Source: Candidatus Latescibacterota bacterium
GTDB lineage: Bacteria; Latescibacterota; UBA2968; UBA8231
Direction of reading: 5' to 3'
Length of the DNA stretch: 64,000 bases
NCBI GenBank assembly: GCA_965243025.1
Contig: CBDETY010000003.1
Span: 3,136,001-3,200,000, forward strand
Positions within the stretch are counted from its first letter, which is position 1. Each line of letters opens with the position of its first letter. Below, one piece after another: positions 9,687 to 18,499 of the stretch. The position numbers and the translations under genes were made by a program. A model generated the notes under the pieces. It was not told where the DNA came from. It ran no database searches and saw only the letters and a list, made by a program, of their open reading frames with translations.

Positions 9687-10865
9687 ATGATACCTCGACG
9701 GGCAAATAGATCCATCAGGACCGCATTGAAACGCCAGGCGGCGGTTGCGCTTATCGGGCCGCGACAAGTGGGAAAAACCACCCTCGCCAACGCGATCGCG
9801 GGGCAAACGGATGCCCTCTACCTCGACTTGGAGGCCGGGGCCGACCGCGCCAAGCTCGCCGATCCGGCCATGTTCCTGACCGAGTACGAGGACCGGCTCG
9901 TCGTCCTCGACGAGATCCACCGCGCACCCGAGCTGTTTCAGGAGTTGCGCGGCCTGATCGACCGGGGCAGGCGGCTGGGCAAGGGCACGGGCCGCTTCCT
10001 GATCCTGGGATCGGCATCCGTGGACCTGCTCAGGCAGTCGGGGGAAAGCCTGGCCGGCCGCATCGAGTACGTGCCCCTCAACCCGCTCGACGTCCTCGAC
10101 GTCACCGCGGCGGCGGCGCCGATGGCCGCGCTCTGGGTGCGCGGCGGGTTTCCCGGCAGCCTGCTGGCGGCCAGCGATACCGACAGCACCGCTTTCCGCC
10201 GCGATTTCATTCGCACCTACCTGCACCGCGACGTGTCCGAGCTCACGCTGCGGCGAATACCGGCCGAGACACTGGAGCGGTTGTGGACGATGCTGGCCCA
10301 CGGCCAGGGCGGGCTCCTGAACGCGTCCAGGCTGGCGGCCAGCCTGGGGGTGAGCAGTCCGACGGTGACCGGGTACATCGATCTGCTGGTCGACCTGTTG
10401 CTGGTGCGCCGCCTGCCGCCCTTCCACGTCAACGTCCGCAAACGGCTGGTCAAGTCCCCCAAGGTCTACGTCCGCGACAGCGGCTTGGTCCACGCCCTGC
10501 TCGGCATCGAAAACCACAACGCGCTGGCCGGCCATCCCGTGGCCGGCGCCAGTTGGGAGGGGTTCGCAATCGAGAACCTGTTGGCCGCGGTTCCGACAGG
10601 AACGGCGGCGAGCTTCTATCGCACCCAGGCCGGAGCCGAGGTCGACCTGGTGCTCGAACTGCCGGGCGGACGCCGACCCTGGGCAATCGAGATCAAGCTC
10701 GGCCTGACCCCCCGTCCGGAGCGCGGCTTTCACAATGCCCGCGGCGACATCGACCCGGAGCGGTCCTTCATCGTCTATTCCGGGGAAGAGCGCTATCCGC
10801 TGTCAGCGGACGTCGAGGCGATCGGCCTGCGGGAAATGGCCGCCGTACTCCAAAAGGCTGTATAG
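9687..10865 (+). CDS. AAA_14 ATPase with DUF4143 domain
   Basis: GPRQVGKTT, LDEIH, ESLAGR, RLVKSPKVYVRDSG, EVDL...IEIK. Confidence 0.9.
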   Translation: MIPRRANRSIRTALKRQAAVALIGPRQVGKTTLANAIAGQTDALYLDLEAGADRAKLADPAMFLTEYEDRLVVLDEIHRAPELFQELRGLIDRGRRLGKGTGRFLILGSASVDLLRQSGESLAGRIEYVPLNPLDVLDVTAAAAPMAALWVRGGFPGSLLAASDTDSTAFRRDFIRTYLHRDVSELTLRRIPAETLERLWTMLAHGQGGLLNASRLAASLGVSSPTVTGYIDLLVDLLLVRRLPPFHVNVRKRLVKSPKVYVRDSGLVHALLGIENHNALAGHPVAGASWEGFAIENLLAAVPTGTAASFYRTQAGAEVDLVLELPGGRRPWAIEIKLGLTPRPERGFHNARGDIDPERSFIVYSGEERYPLSADVEAIGLREMAAVLQKAV

Positions 10866-10884
10866 CGCCGGGACATCCGAAAGA

Positions 10885-12066
10885 TCAGGCGCTCGCGGGG
10901 GCAGAAGACGTCGACACGAGCCAGTCGCTGGGCGTCCGCACGGACCGGTCCGAACCGCGCTCCACGGCGATGGTCTCGCCGCCGGCATGAACGACGCGTT
11001 CGACGCCCTGCCAATCCTCCGGAATGCGCAGCATGTGGGCCTGGTAGTTCACCTCGACCGTGTGCCCCGCCGAAATGGCCCCGAAGCGGGGCACGCCGAA
11101 GAGCGGTCCGGCCATCATGGTGTCCATGACCCTGTGCGCCAGAGCGACAGAACCGAACTCGACACCCCATGCAGTCGTCCTGTTGCTGTACGGGAGGAAC
11201 TCGGCCGCCTCGTGCTCGTACCACAAGGTGGTCCAGGGAAACACCTGATGGGGAAAGACGTAGACGAGCAACAACCCGAGCCGGGGATTCGAGACGGCGG
11301 TGTACGCGTAGTCACCCTCCGGTTCCAGAAGGACCGTTGCAACCGCCATGTAGCGGTCTTCCGGGTAGCGGCCCAGGTCGGCGGTGCCGCGGCCGCCCCG
11401 CAGTCGGGCCGCAGGCCAGTCGAATGACTGGTCCGGCAGCAGGGGATCGGTGCCGTGGATGGCGACCGGGTTGGTATGTCCCCTCCTTGCCGGCAGGTCG
11501 AGGCGGGTCACGCCCCCTTCGACAAACGGGGGTCCCATGGTCACGTGCTGCTGGCAGAAGAACGGGGCGTCCGAGCGCCGCAGGTTGGTCGTGCGCTCCC
11601 TGATGTAGAGGGTCGACTCGCCGGGCCGTATCTCGAGGGTCCGGAGAAAGCGCATCCGCGCATCCGGCAGGTCGAGGCCGTAATCGAGGCGGGCGCAGCC
11701 GGCATCGGCCTGCTGGTCGAACACCGTCCAGGGCAGGTTCGACGCTTCGCCGTGGTGATACCCGCCGGCGGCCTCTTCGGCTTCGCTGATGTCGCCGAAA
11801 TGGTTGAGACAGAGCGAGTGGCCGGCGAGGGAGGCTAGCAGACGGCCCTCACCGGGACCGTAGGTCTCCAGATGCTTCCGCGGATCCCAGGCCTCCGGCT
11901 CGATCAACGGCCAGGGCGGTTCCCACAGGGGGTTCACATCGACATCCGGGCGGCGCAGACTCGCCAGGTGTCCGCAACCGGTCATCGCGATCACCTGCAA
12001 GGCGTCGCTCTCGAGACGAACCGCCCGGCGGCCGAGGAAGCTGGTGGTGTCGCATGTCGGACTCAC
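10885..12066 (-). CDS. Hypothetical protein, galactose-mutarotase-like beta-sandwich
   Basis: Long GC3-biased ORF; HGEA and QHVT motifs typical of aldose-epimerase-like proteins; start uncertain. Confidence 0.6.
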   Translation of the reverse strand: MSPTCDTTSFLGRRAVRLESDALQVIAMTGCGHLASLRRPDVDVNPLWEPPWPLIEPEAWDPRKHLETYGPGEGRLLASLAGHSLCLNHFGDISEAEEAAGGYHHGEASNLPWTVFDQQADAGCARLDYGLDLPDARMRFLRTLEIRPGESTLYIRERTTNLRRSDAPFFCQQHVTMGPPFVEGGVTRLDLPARRGHTNPVAIHGTDPLLPDQSFDWPAARLRGGRGTADLGRYPEDRYMAVATVLLEPEGDYAYTAVSNPRLGLLLVYVFPHQVFPWTTLWYEHEAAEFLPYSNRTTAWGVEFGSVALAHRVMDTMMAGPLFGVPRFGAISAGHTVEVNYQAHMLRIPEDWQGVERVVHAGGETIAVERGSDRSVRTPSDWLVSTSSAPASA

Positions 12067-12255
12067 TGCACTCTGCTCCGGTCTGGATGTATCGCTTTCG
12101 AATCGGTCACCCTCGCCCCTCAGTTTAGGGAACAGGCGCCGAATGCCATTGTGCCGGGGAATATGGTTGCCGCCTGTACTCCGGCTCGATCCCGGCGCGA
12201 ATCCGACCGGATCCATGACCTTGAACAAGCGCCCCGCAGGTCCCGCAGGGACCTC

Positions 12256-13395
12256 TCAATAAACGCCGGGAAAGATCCGGTACTTCACCCGTGCCTGGTA
12301 CTCCGCCCACTTTTCCGCGCCGTATTTTTCCGCGCAGTGCCTGTCGTCGTCGCGTTGACGGCTGGTGAACATCGAGACGATGAAGACAAAGTATGTCCAG
12401 GCCCAGGGATTGGTGAAGTAGCCGAATACCAGGGCGATCGACAGGGCGAGGAACCCCTCGCCCATGTAGTTGAAATGGCGGGCGACGCCCCACAGGCCGC
12501 TGCACAGGATCTTGCGGTCGCCGGCCTGGATGTACTCCGGCTCGATGAGCCCGAGGAATTTTCGCTCGGGCCATCGCTTGAAGGTGTATTTCTGCATGTT
12601 GGCGCCGCGCGAAATGGCCCATCCTGACAGAAACAGCGCAGCCGTTCCGATCAGCCAGAAATTCTTCCAAGCCGGCGAGAACCCTGGGTCGGGATAAACG
12701 GCCATGCCCCACAACGGGAGGATGAACAGCCACCCGTAGACCACGAGGCAACCCCAGAACAGCTTGAACCCGAGATCCTCGTGGATCAGATCGTAGGTAT
12801 ACAGCTGCACGCGCTCGAAGATGAAGTAGTCAAGTATGTAGAACGTGAAGAACGCCGCATACAGGAAAACGCCCGGATTGGAATCTTCGCCAAAAAGCTG
12901 GTAGTGGTAAGCGGCCCCGGACAGGGCGTTGAGCGACAGCATCGTCCCCCCGACGACATACATATACATCTTTACGTCGATGCGTTCGTTCAGGAAAGAC
13001 AGCTCCCGGGCCCGGCCGAACCACAGCGCCAGAAGCGGGTTCTTCACCTTGCCCGGCGCCTGGCTGAACACCGCAATGATGGTAAAGAGGGTGGCGAACA
13101 CCGTTCCCCCGGCCACGGCGTAAATCGAAGACCGGAAGAACCAGTCGCGCGGCAACCCGGTGAGCTCGAGCGCCCATACGATCAGCGCGACGGCGAACAC
13201 GAGCAGTCCGTTCAGCCGGTAGCTGCGGGGTTCGCCGGTCTCCGGATCGACGACGTACCCGGAAACCCGCCTCCCGGGCAATATGAGCTGCACCAGGAAA
13301 AACAGGACGTAGATCACCAGCGGGGTGAAGAACCCCGCAACCGCCTCTGTCCGGGAAAGCTCGACAAGGTGGCTGATGCCAAGCCATTCAATCAT
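12256..13395 (-). CDS. ERG4/ERG24-family sterol reductase (delta14/DHCR7-like)
   Basis: SYRLNG, GANMQK, GLWGVARHFNYMGE, RDDDRHCAEKYG..W.EY..RVKYRIFPGVY; many TM helices. Confidence 0.88.
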   Translation of the reverse strand: MIEWLGISHLVELSRTEAVAGFFTPLVIYVLFFLVQLILPGRRVSGYVVDPETGEPRSYRLNGLLVFAVALIVWALELTGLPRDWFFRSSIYAVAGGTVFATLFTIIAVFSQAPGKVKNPLLALWFGRARELSFLNERIDVKMYMYVVGGTMLSLNALSGAAYHYQLFGEDSNPGVFLYAAFFTFYILDYFIFERVQLYTYDLIHEDLGFKLFWGCLVVYGWLFILPLWGMAVYPDPGFSPAWKNFWLIGTAALFLSGWAISRGANMQKYTFKRWPERKFLGLIEPEYIQAGDRKILCSGLWGVARHFNYMGEGFLALSIALVFGYFTNPWAWTYFVFIVSMFTSRQRDDDRHCAEKYGAEKWAEYQARVKYRIFPGVY

Positions 13396-13612
13396 GATTG
13401 ATTACCCCTTCCTCCGTGACGCGGTCATAATGCAACCCGGGCTCAAGGGCGGTCAACAGCACCCTGGGCGCCAAAGTGGCGCGACAGAGTCGACGATCCT
13501 TCCATGGCCGCCCCCGGCGAGCGGAGATCCCGGATTTCGCCGGTGACGACCGCGGCCTGCCGCTGCATTCCTTCTTCCGCCAGGAAGGAGGCCGCCCTGA
13601 TGAGCAGGGTTG

Positions 13613-15049
13613 TTACGGCACTGAGGAATGCGTTCCTGCAAACAGCTCCTTGACCAGCGTCCGGGCACGCTCGACCACTGTTTCGAGGCAGCCGGGGGCG
13701 AGCTTGGCCCAGTAGGTGACGTCTTCGTTCGCCTCGTGTCCGCCTCGGTCGTACGCCGCCCGCGTCGGCAGGTACCCGACATACTTCGAGGTGAGGTGCG
13801 CCGGAAACAGAAAAGGCGCCGCCGAGTTCGTCTTGAGCGCGAGCTGGCCTTCGACAAACGGTTCCCCGGGCAGGCCGACCACGCCGAGATCGCCCATGCG
13901 GAAGGCCTGGATTTCGTAGGGAAACTCGGTTTCCCGCTGCCGGCACAGCTCGACGCTGCGGGTCGATGCCGCCCGGAACCATGCCCGATCCACTTCCCCG
14001 TCTGCCCCGCGCGGCGGCTGCGGGTTCCCGGCGAGGATCGCCTCGACCTCGCGCAGGCGCTCCGCCGGAATCTCGCGGAAGGGCAGGCCGACCTGTTCGA
14101 CTCTGCAATCCAGCGCGGCATTGTCGGCGAACGCCATATCGCGAACGATCCGTTCGCTCATCAGGGCCAGTTCGCGCCCCATCCGCCGGTGGTCGGGCCG
14201 GAAGTCCGGGTCGAAGGGATGCCATGGGTTGATGTTGCCGCAGCAGCCGTTGACGACCAGCGGCACCGTCTCGGAGCCGAAAAGCTGCTGCATCTCCCGC
14301 GTCCAGGCGCCGGGCCAGTCCGCCGACACGGCCCGGTAGGTCCCGGGGCACCCGAAAACATTGACCGGGTGACAGGTGAAATGCAGGAGAAAGGCCAGCG
14401 GCCTCATGTCCATGTCCCGGACGCAGCAGACGCCGACCTCCGGGTCCATCGGACCTTCGAGATAGCAGATTTCCGCGTTCCCGAACGGCTGTTCCTCCCG
14501 GCCCCGCGGTTTGGGCATGGCGATGGTGCCGTCCCGGCGAATTCCCCGGCGGTTGAAGGCCAGGTCCCCCAGCACCCCGCGCCCCAGACCGATGCGCACA
14601 GGTTGCAGCCTCCCCACAGCTTCAACCGCTGCTTCCACCGCGGCGGCGGCGGCCCGGTCCCCGAAGGCGCGCTCGCCTCCGCGGAGGTACTCGGTCTTCT
14701 CGGTGGTGTCCAAGGGGAAGTCAGGGTCCAGCAGGAAGTACCCGAGGCTCGGGGCGGAGTGGGTCTGGGTCGCCTGGACCATGATCGCCTCGGGCGGGAT
14801 GCCGGTTTGCTCGCCGATGGCAGCGCGGATCCGGTCGGTGTAGTCGCCGGTGACAATGGTGAGATCGAGGATCACCATGCAGACGCGCTGCTCCCCCGCC
14901 TCGAAGACGATGGCCTTGGCAAAGAGCGGGTCCATCACCGCTTCGGACGGGCGGTGCTCGCCGGCCCCGCTTCCCGCCAGGTGGGTCCCCGGCGGCGGGG
15001 TGATGTCGATCATGGCGGCGCCGGCTTTCAGCAGGCTGGCCTCAGGCAT
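13613..15049 (-). CDS. Neutral/alkaline ceramidase-like amidohydrolase
   Basis: DITPPPG, ATQTHSAP, FTCHP, SADWPG, NGCCGNINP, GLPGEPF, GYLPT. Confidence 0.78.
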   Translation of the reverse strand: MPEASLLKAGAAMIDITPPPGTHLAGSGAGEHRPSEAVMDPLFAKAIVFEAGEQRVCMVILDLTIVTGDYTDRIRAAIGEQTGIPPEAIMVQATQTHSAPSLGYFLLDPDFPLDTTEKTEYLRGGERAFGDRAAAAAVEAAVEAVGRLQPVRIGLGRGVLGDLAFNRRGIRRDGTIAMPKPRGREEQPFGNAEICYLEGPMDPEVGVCCVRDMDMRPLAFLLHFTCHPVNVFGCPGTYRAVSADWPGAWTREMQQLFGSETVPLVVNGCCGNINPWHPFDPDFRPDHRRMGRELALMSERIVRDMAFADNAALDCRVEQVGLPFREIPAERLREVEAILAGNPQPPRGADGEVDRAWFRAASTRSVELCRQRETEFPYEIQAFRMGDLGVVGLPGEPFVEGQLALKTNSAAPFLFPAHLTSKYVGYLPTRAAYDRGGHEANEDVTYWAKLAPGCLETVVERARTLVKELFAGTHSSVP

Positions 15050-15078
15050 GGTTTATCTCTCGGGGCAACCAGGGTCAA

Positions 15079-17988
15079 CTATTTCTCGGGGACCTGCGTC
15101 TCCCGAAATACCTTGCGCACCTCGGGGCAACCCCAACTCATTGCCCAGTCGCGGGCACTGCTTTCCCACCTGGGTTCCCTCAAGTCGGGATCGGCGCCAT
15201 TCTCCAGCAGAAACCGGGCCATGCCAGGGCGGCAGTGGCTGACTGTCTGGTGCAGTGCGCTGCGGCCGGAATCTCCGGGCCACAAGAAGTTGACAGGCAT
15301 GGCATCGATGTCAGCGCCCCGGCCCAGCAGAACTTCCGCTGCAGCGAACGCTCCGTTGATAACCGCGAAACTGAGCGCCTCGTCGAGGATTTCCTGATCG
15401 CTGGGCGTGCCGTCGCCCTCGGCATCCGGAGGCGCAATGCGGTACCCCGTACCGGCGCCGGCGGTGAGCCTGCCGCTTTTTGTGAAGAACTGCTGCACTC
15501 GCGTGCTGTCGTTCAGTCCCGCCGCCATCCTCAGGTCCACCCGCGCCCCCGCGGCTGCCAGGAGGCGCGCCCGCTCCGGCCGCGGGTCTCCCCCGATCAG
15601 CATCTTCCACAGCAGATAGCCGTTTTTGTGGTTGGCGTCGGCCCCGGCGTCGAACAACCGGGACAGCAGCTGCTCGTCGATGCCCTGCCAACCAGGCTGT
15701 TCCGCCTCGACGAGCAGTTGGAGCGTGGTCACCGAGTCCGCGGTAACCGCATTGACGTCGGCCCCGGCTTCGAGCAGTACCTCCGCGAGGTCGAGGGCGT
15801 TGTCGGGCAGTTTCGCCCGTTGAGGATACCCCGCGACCAGGTGGATCAGTCCCGCGCCCCGCAACGAGGCGTGTTCGTAGGTGCTGTCGTGGAATCCGGT
15901 GGCGAAAACCAGTTCCGGGGAATCCGCCAGGAGCTGTTTCAGGGTGGCCGTGTCTCCTCCATCGAAGGCGGCGACGGCCTCGTAATACGATGGGTGATCG
16001 GCGTCGCTGCGCTCGTACCCTTGCGATGGCAGGGCTTCGCCCTCCCGGGGAACGGCCAGCGCGAGGAACTCCGACGGCTCTCCCCACCATCCACCGCCGA
16101 CGGGAACGACGATGTACTGGCGGCCCCCCGTTTCGTATGTCATCGGATTGCCGCGCGCATTCGCCGGCAGGTCCGCCCGGGCGAGCAAGCGGCCGTCATC
16201 CTTGTCGTATGCGTAGAGGTATTTCTCCGGATCGATGTAGTAGTTCGCATCGAACCACCTGATACGATCCGGTGATTCAGAAGCGGTCACCAGCAGCGTC
16301 GGAGTCGCCAGCACGAAAGTCCGCGTATCCCAGCCCAGGTGCGGCAGGTCCATGTGTCGAAGCAGGGGGTGATCGACCGGTCCCGGACCCGTGGGCGCGA
16401 TCCACTGATGTTCTCCCGAATTCATGTCGATGGCGGTGATGCGCCCGTACGGCGGCTTGACCAACGGCAGCTCTTCGGGTCCCTCCGGGAAGTACTTGAC
16501 CGGCGCATACCTCGAGAAAGAGGTCGAATCCGCTTTTTTCAGGCCGAAGCCCCTCGGGGCGGTTCGCGACGGCACATAGATCCAGCCCCCCGGGTCGGCG
16601 GCCCCTCCCGTCCAGTCGACGCCGCCCGTATCGCCGGGCAACATCCACAACCCGCGTTCCGTCACCGGCGTGTACAGCTCGCCGATGTCGTACCCGGCGA
16701 CGATGTCGAGCGCCTGCCGCCGCAGTTCGGGGGTGAAGTCGATCAGATCATCCCCGGTCAATCCCTGGCGGTCGTAGGGCAAAGGCCAGGTCGGGAACGG
16801 TTGCGTCGGCGCCGTCCTTTCTCCGGGAACGGTAGACTGCGATACCGGGCGGTCTTCGATCGGCCAGACCGGCTCGCCCGTGATGCGGTCGAAGGCGAAC
16901 GCCCATGCCTGCTTGGTGAGCTGGACAACGGCTCTGATCCGTTCGCCGCGCACTGTCATGTCCATCAGGATCGGAGCTGCTGACGGATCGTAGTTCCAGA
17001 GGTCGTGGCGGACGATCTGATAGTGCCAGATGCGTCGTCCGCTCACGCAGTCGAGGCAGGCGATTGTATTGGAAAAGAGGTTGTCGCCAAGCCGCTCACC
17101 GCCGTAAAAATCGTTGCTCGGAGCGCTGATCGGCAGGTATACGTATCCAAGCTCGAGGTCGGCGCTCATCGGCGCCCACACGTTGGCGCCTCCGTGCCGC
17201 TTCCAGCTCTCGTTTTCCCAGGTGTCGTTGCCGAACTCCCCTTCCCGGGGCACGGTGTGAAACCTCCACAGCAGTTCCCCCGTTCTCACGTCGAACCCGC
17301 GTACATCCCCCGGCGGCATGAATTCCGGGATGTCTCCCGACCCCCACTCGGAGGCCATCGAGCCGACAATCACGACGTCTCTGCAGACGATCGGCGGCGA
17401 TGAGACACCGTAGCGATAGCGGTCGACCACCGGCCGGTGCAGCTGTTGCCCGAGGTCGACTCGGCCGCTGTCGCCGAAGGCGGGGTCGGGGGTTCCCGTG
17501 GCGGCATCGAGCGAATAGAGGTAGTCCGATGTCGTGCCCATCAGCACGCGCTTCTGGTTTCCATCGCTCCAGTAAGCCACTCCCCGGCTCACTCCCCAGC
17601 TCGACTCCACCTTCCAGGCTTCGGGATCGAACCGCCACAGCTCTCTGCCCGTTGCCGCGTCGAGGGCTGCCATGATGTTGTACGGCGTGCTCACGTAGAG
17701 AACGCCGTCGATCATCAGGGGGGTGCACTCGTTGTAGGCATTCGGATAGTCCGGGTTTTCGGTCTTGCGGATGCGGGCGTCCGGCGCCCGCCAGCGCCAG
17801 ATCATGCGCAGGCTGGAGAAATTCGTGCTGTCTATCCGGACAAGCGATGCGTAGCGCGTGCTGGCGGCGTCGGCGCCGTAGAAGCGCCACTCGAAGCTCG
17901 GAGGTTCCGGTCGTGGAGAGCCGAACGGAAGGCAGGAGGTGAGAGTTGCTGTCATCACCCACCAGCAGCCGAGGCAGAGTCTGCTCAT
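15079..17988 (-). CDS. PQQ-dependent dehydrogenase (quinoprotein GDH-like) lipoprotein fused to C-terminal ankyrin repeats
   Basis: Lipobox LTSC; TPLMIDG, GDVRGFDVRTG, GGANVW, HDLWNYD, KPPYGRITAID; ankyrin motifs LLEAGADVNA, LLGRGADIDA, LLENGADPDL. Confidence 0.87.
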   Translation of the reverse strand: MSRLCLGCWWVMTATLTSCLPFGSPRPEPPSFEWRFYGADAASTRYASLVRIDSTNFSSLRMIWRWRAPDARIRKTENPDYPNAYNECTPLMIDGVLYVSTPYNIMAALDAATGRELWRFDPEAWKVESSWGVSRGVAYWSDGNQKRVLMGTTSDYLYSLDAATGTPDPAFGDSGRVDLGQQLHRPVVDRYRYGVSSPPIVCRDVVIVGSMASEWGSGDIPEFMPPGDVRGFDVRTGELLWRFHTVPREGEFGNDTWENESWKRHGGANVWAPMSADLELGYVYLPISAPSNDFYGGERLGDNLFSNTIACLDCVSGRRIWHYQIVRHDLWNYDPSAAPILMDMTVRGERIRAVVQLTKQAWAFAFDRITGEPVWPIEDRPVSQSTVPGERTAPTQPFPTWPLPYDRQGLTGDDLIDFTPELRRQALDIVAGYDIGELYTPVTERGLWMLPGDTGGVDWTGGAADPGGWIYVPSRTAPRGFGLKKADSTSFSRYAPVKYFPEGPEELPLVKPPYGRITAIDMNSGEHQWIAPTGPGPVDHPLLRHMDLPHLGWDTRTFVLATPTLLVTASESPDRIRWFDANYYIDPEKYLYAYDKDDGRLLARADLPANARGNPMTYETGGRQYIVVPVGGGWWGEPSEFLALAVPREGEALPSQGYERSDADHPSYYEAVAAFDGGDTATLKQLLADSPELVFATGFHDSTYEHASLRGAGLIHLVAGYPQRAKLPDNALDLAEVLLEAGADVNAVTADSVTTLQLLVEAEQPGWQGIDEQLLSRLFDAGADANHKNGYLLWKMLIGGDPRPERARLLAAAGARVDLRMAAGLNDSTRVQQFFTKSGRLTAGAGTGYRIAPPDAEGDGTPSDQEILDEALSFAVINGAFAAAEVLLGRGADIDAMPVNFLWPGDSGRSALHQTVSHCRPGMARFLLENGADPDLREPRWESSARDWAMSWGCPEVRKVFRETQVPEK

Positions 17989-18115
17989 GAAGAGCTCCTG
18001 ACAAACCCAATTGATCTGCCTGGCATTCTCAAATCACCCGTTCTGATGTCATTGCTGTTTCCGCCACGTGATCCACCAGATCCCCGAACTCGCAGGTCCC
18101 CCGGTACTGCACGAG

Positions 18116-18448
18116 CTAGAACCGCTGCTCCCGTTTCAGCGTCTCGGCCCGCGGCTCGTTGAGCTCATTCTCTTCCGAGAGCGGGTCCTGTGAAATCGAC
18201 CGGCTCCTCCAGGGAAGGTAGCGCCAGATCATGGTGCGCTCGTACAGACACTCTTCGAAGCTCCCCCGGCCGCTGCGCGCCGACTGGAACGAGTGCCAGA
18301 GGCAGAGGCCGGTCATCTCCCGCTTGAGCGCGCGCAGCCGTCTCGTTATATCATCGCGCGGATGGAAGTACCAGTGGTGGATGTTCATGCCGGGAAGGTA
18401 GCTGCGACGCCGCGGACCCGACAGGATCGAGGGCGTGAGGAGGTCCAT
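18116..18448 (-). CDS. Short hypothetical protein or gene remnant
   Basis: 110-aa ORF; frame continues 28 codons past its TAG. Confidence 0.3.
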   Translation of the reverse strand: MDLLTPSILSGPRRRSYLPGMNIHHWYFHPRDDITRRLRALKREMTGLCLWHSFQSARSGRGSFEECLYERTMIWRYLPWRSRSISQDPLSEENELNEPRAETLKREQRF

Positions 18449-18499
18449 CTTCCATCACACACAGCCCGAGACGACCACGCGCCGAGGAGGTGAAGAGAG

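Noticed and set aside
9687-10865. AAA_14/DUF4143, AAA-PD(D/E)XK (38272-39843) and Uma2 genes as a defence system
   Set aside because: They are isolated, far apart and belong to commonly expanded families; no operonic partners
13597-13604. CTGATGAG resembling a hammerhead ribozyme core
   Set aside because: No downstream stem II plus GAAA; it is part of an inverted-repeat arm
18029-18118. Possible amber read-through of ORF 18116-18448
   Set aside because: Only 28 further codons and no pyl or recoding machinery in the window; decay or chance is more likely
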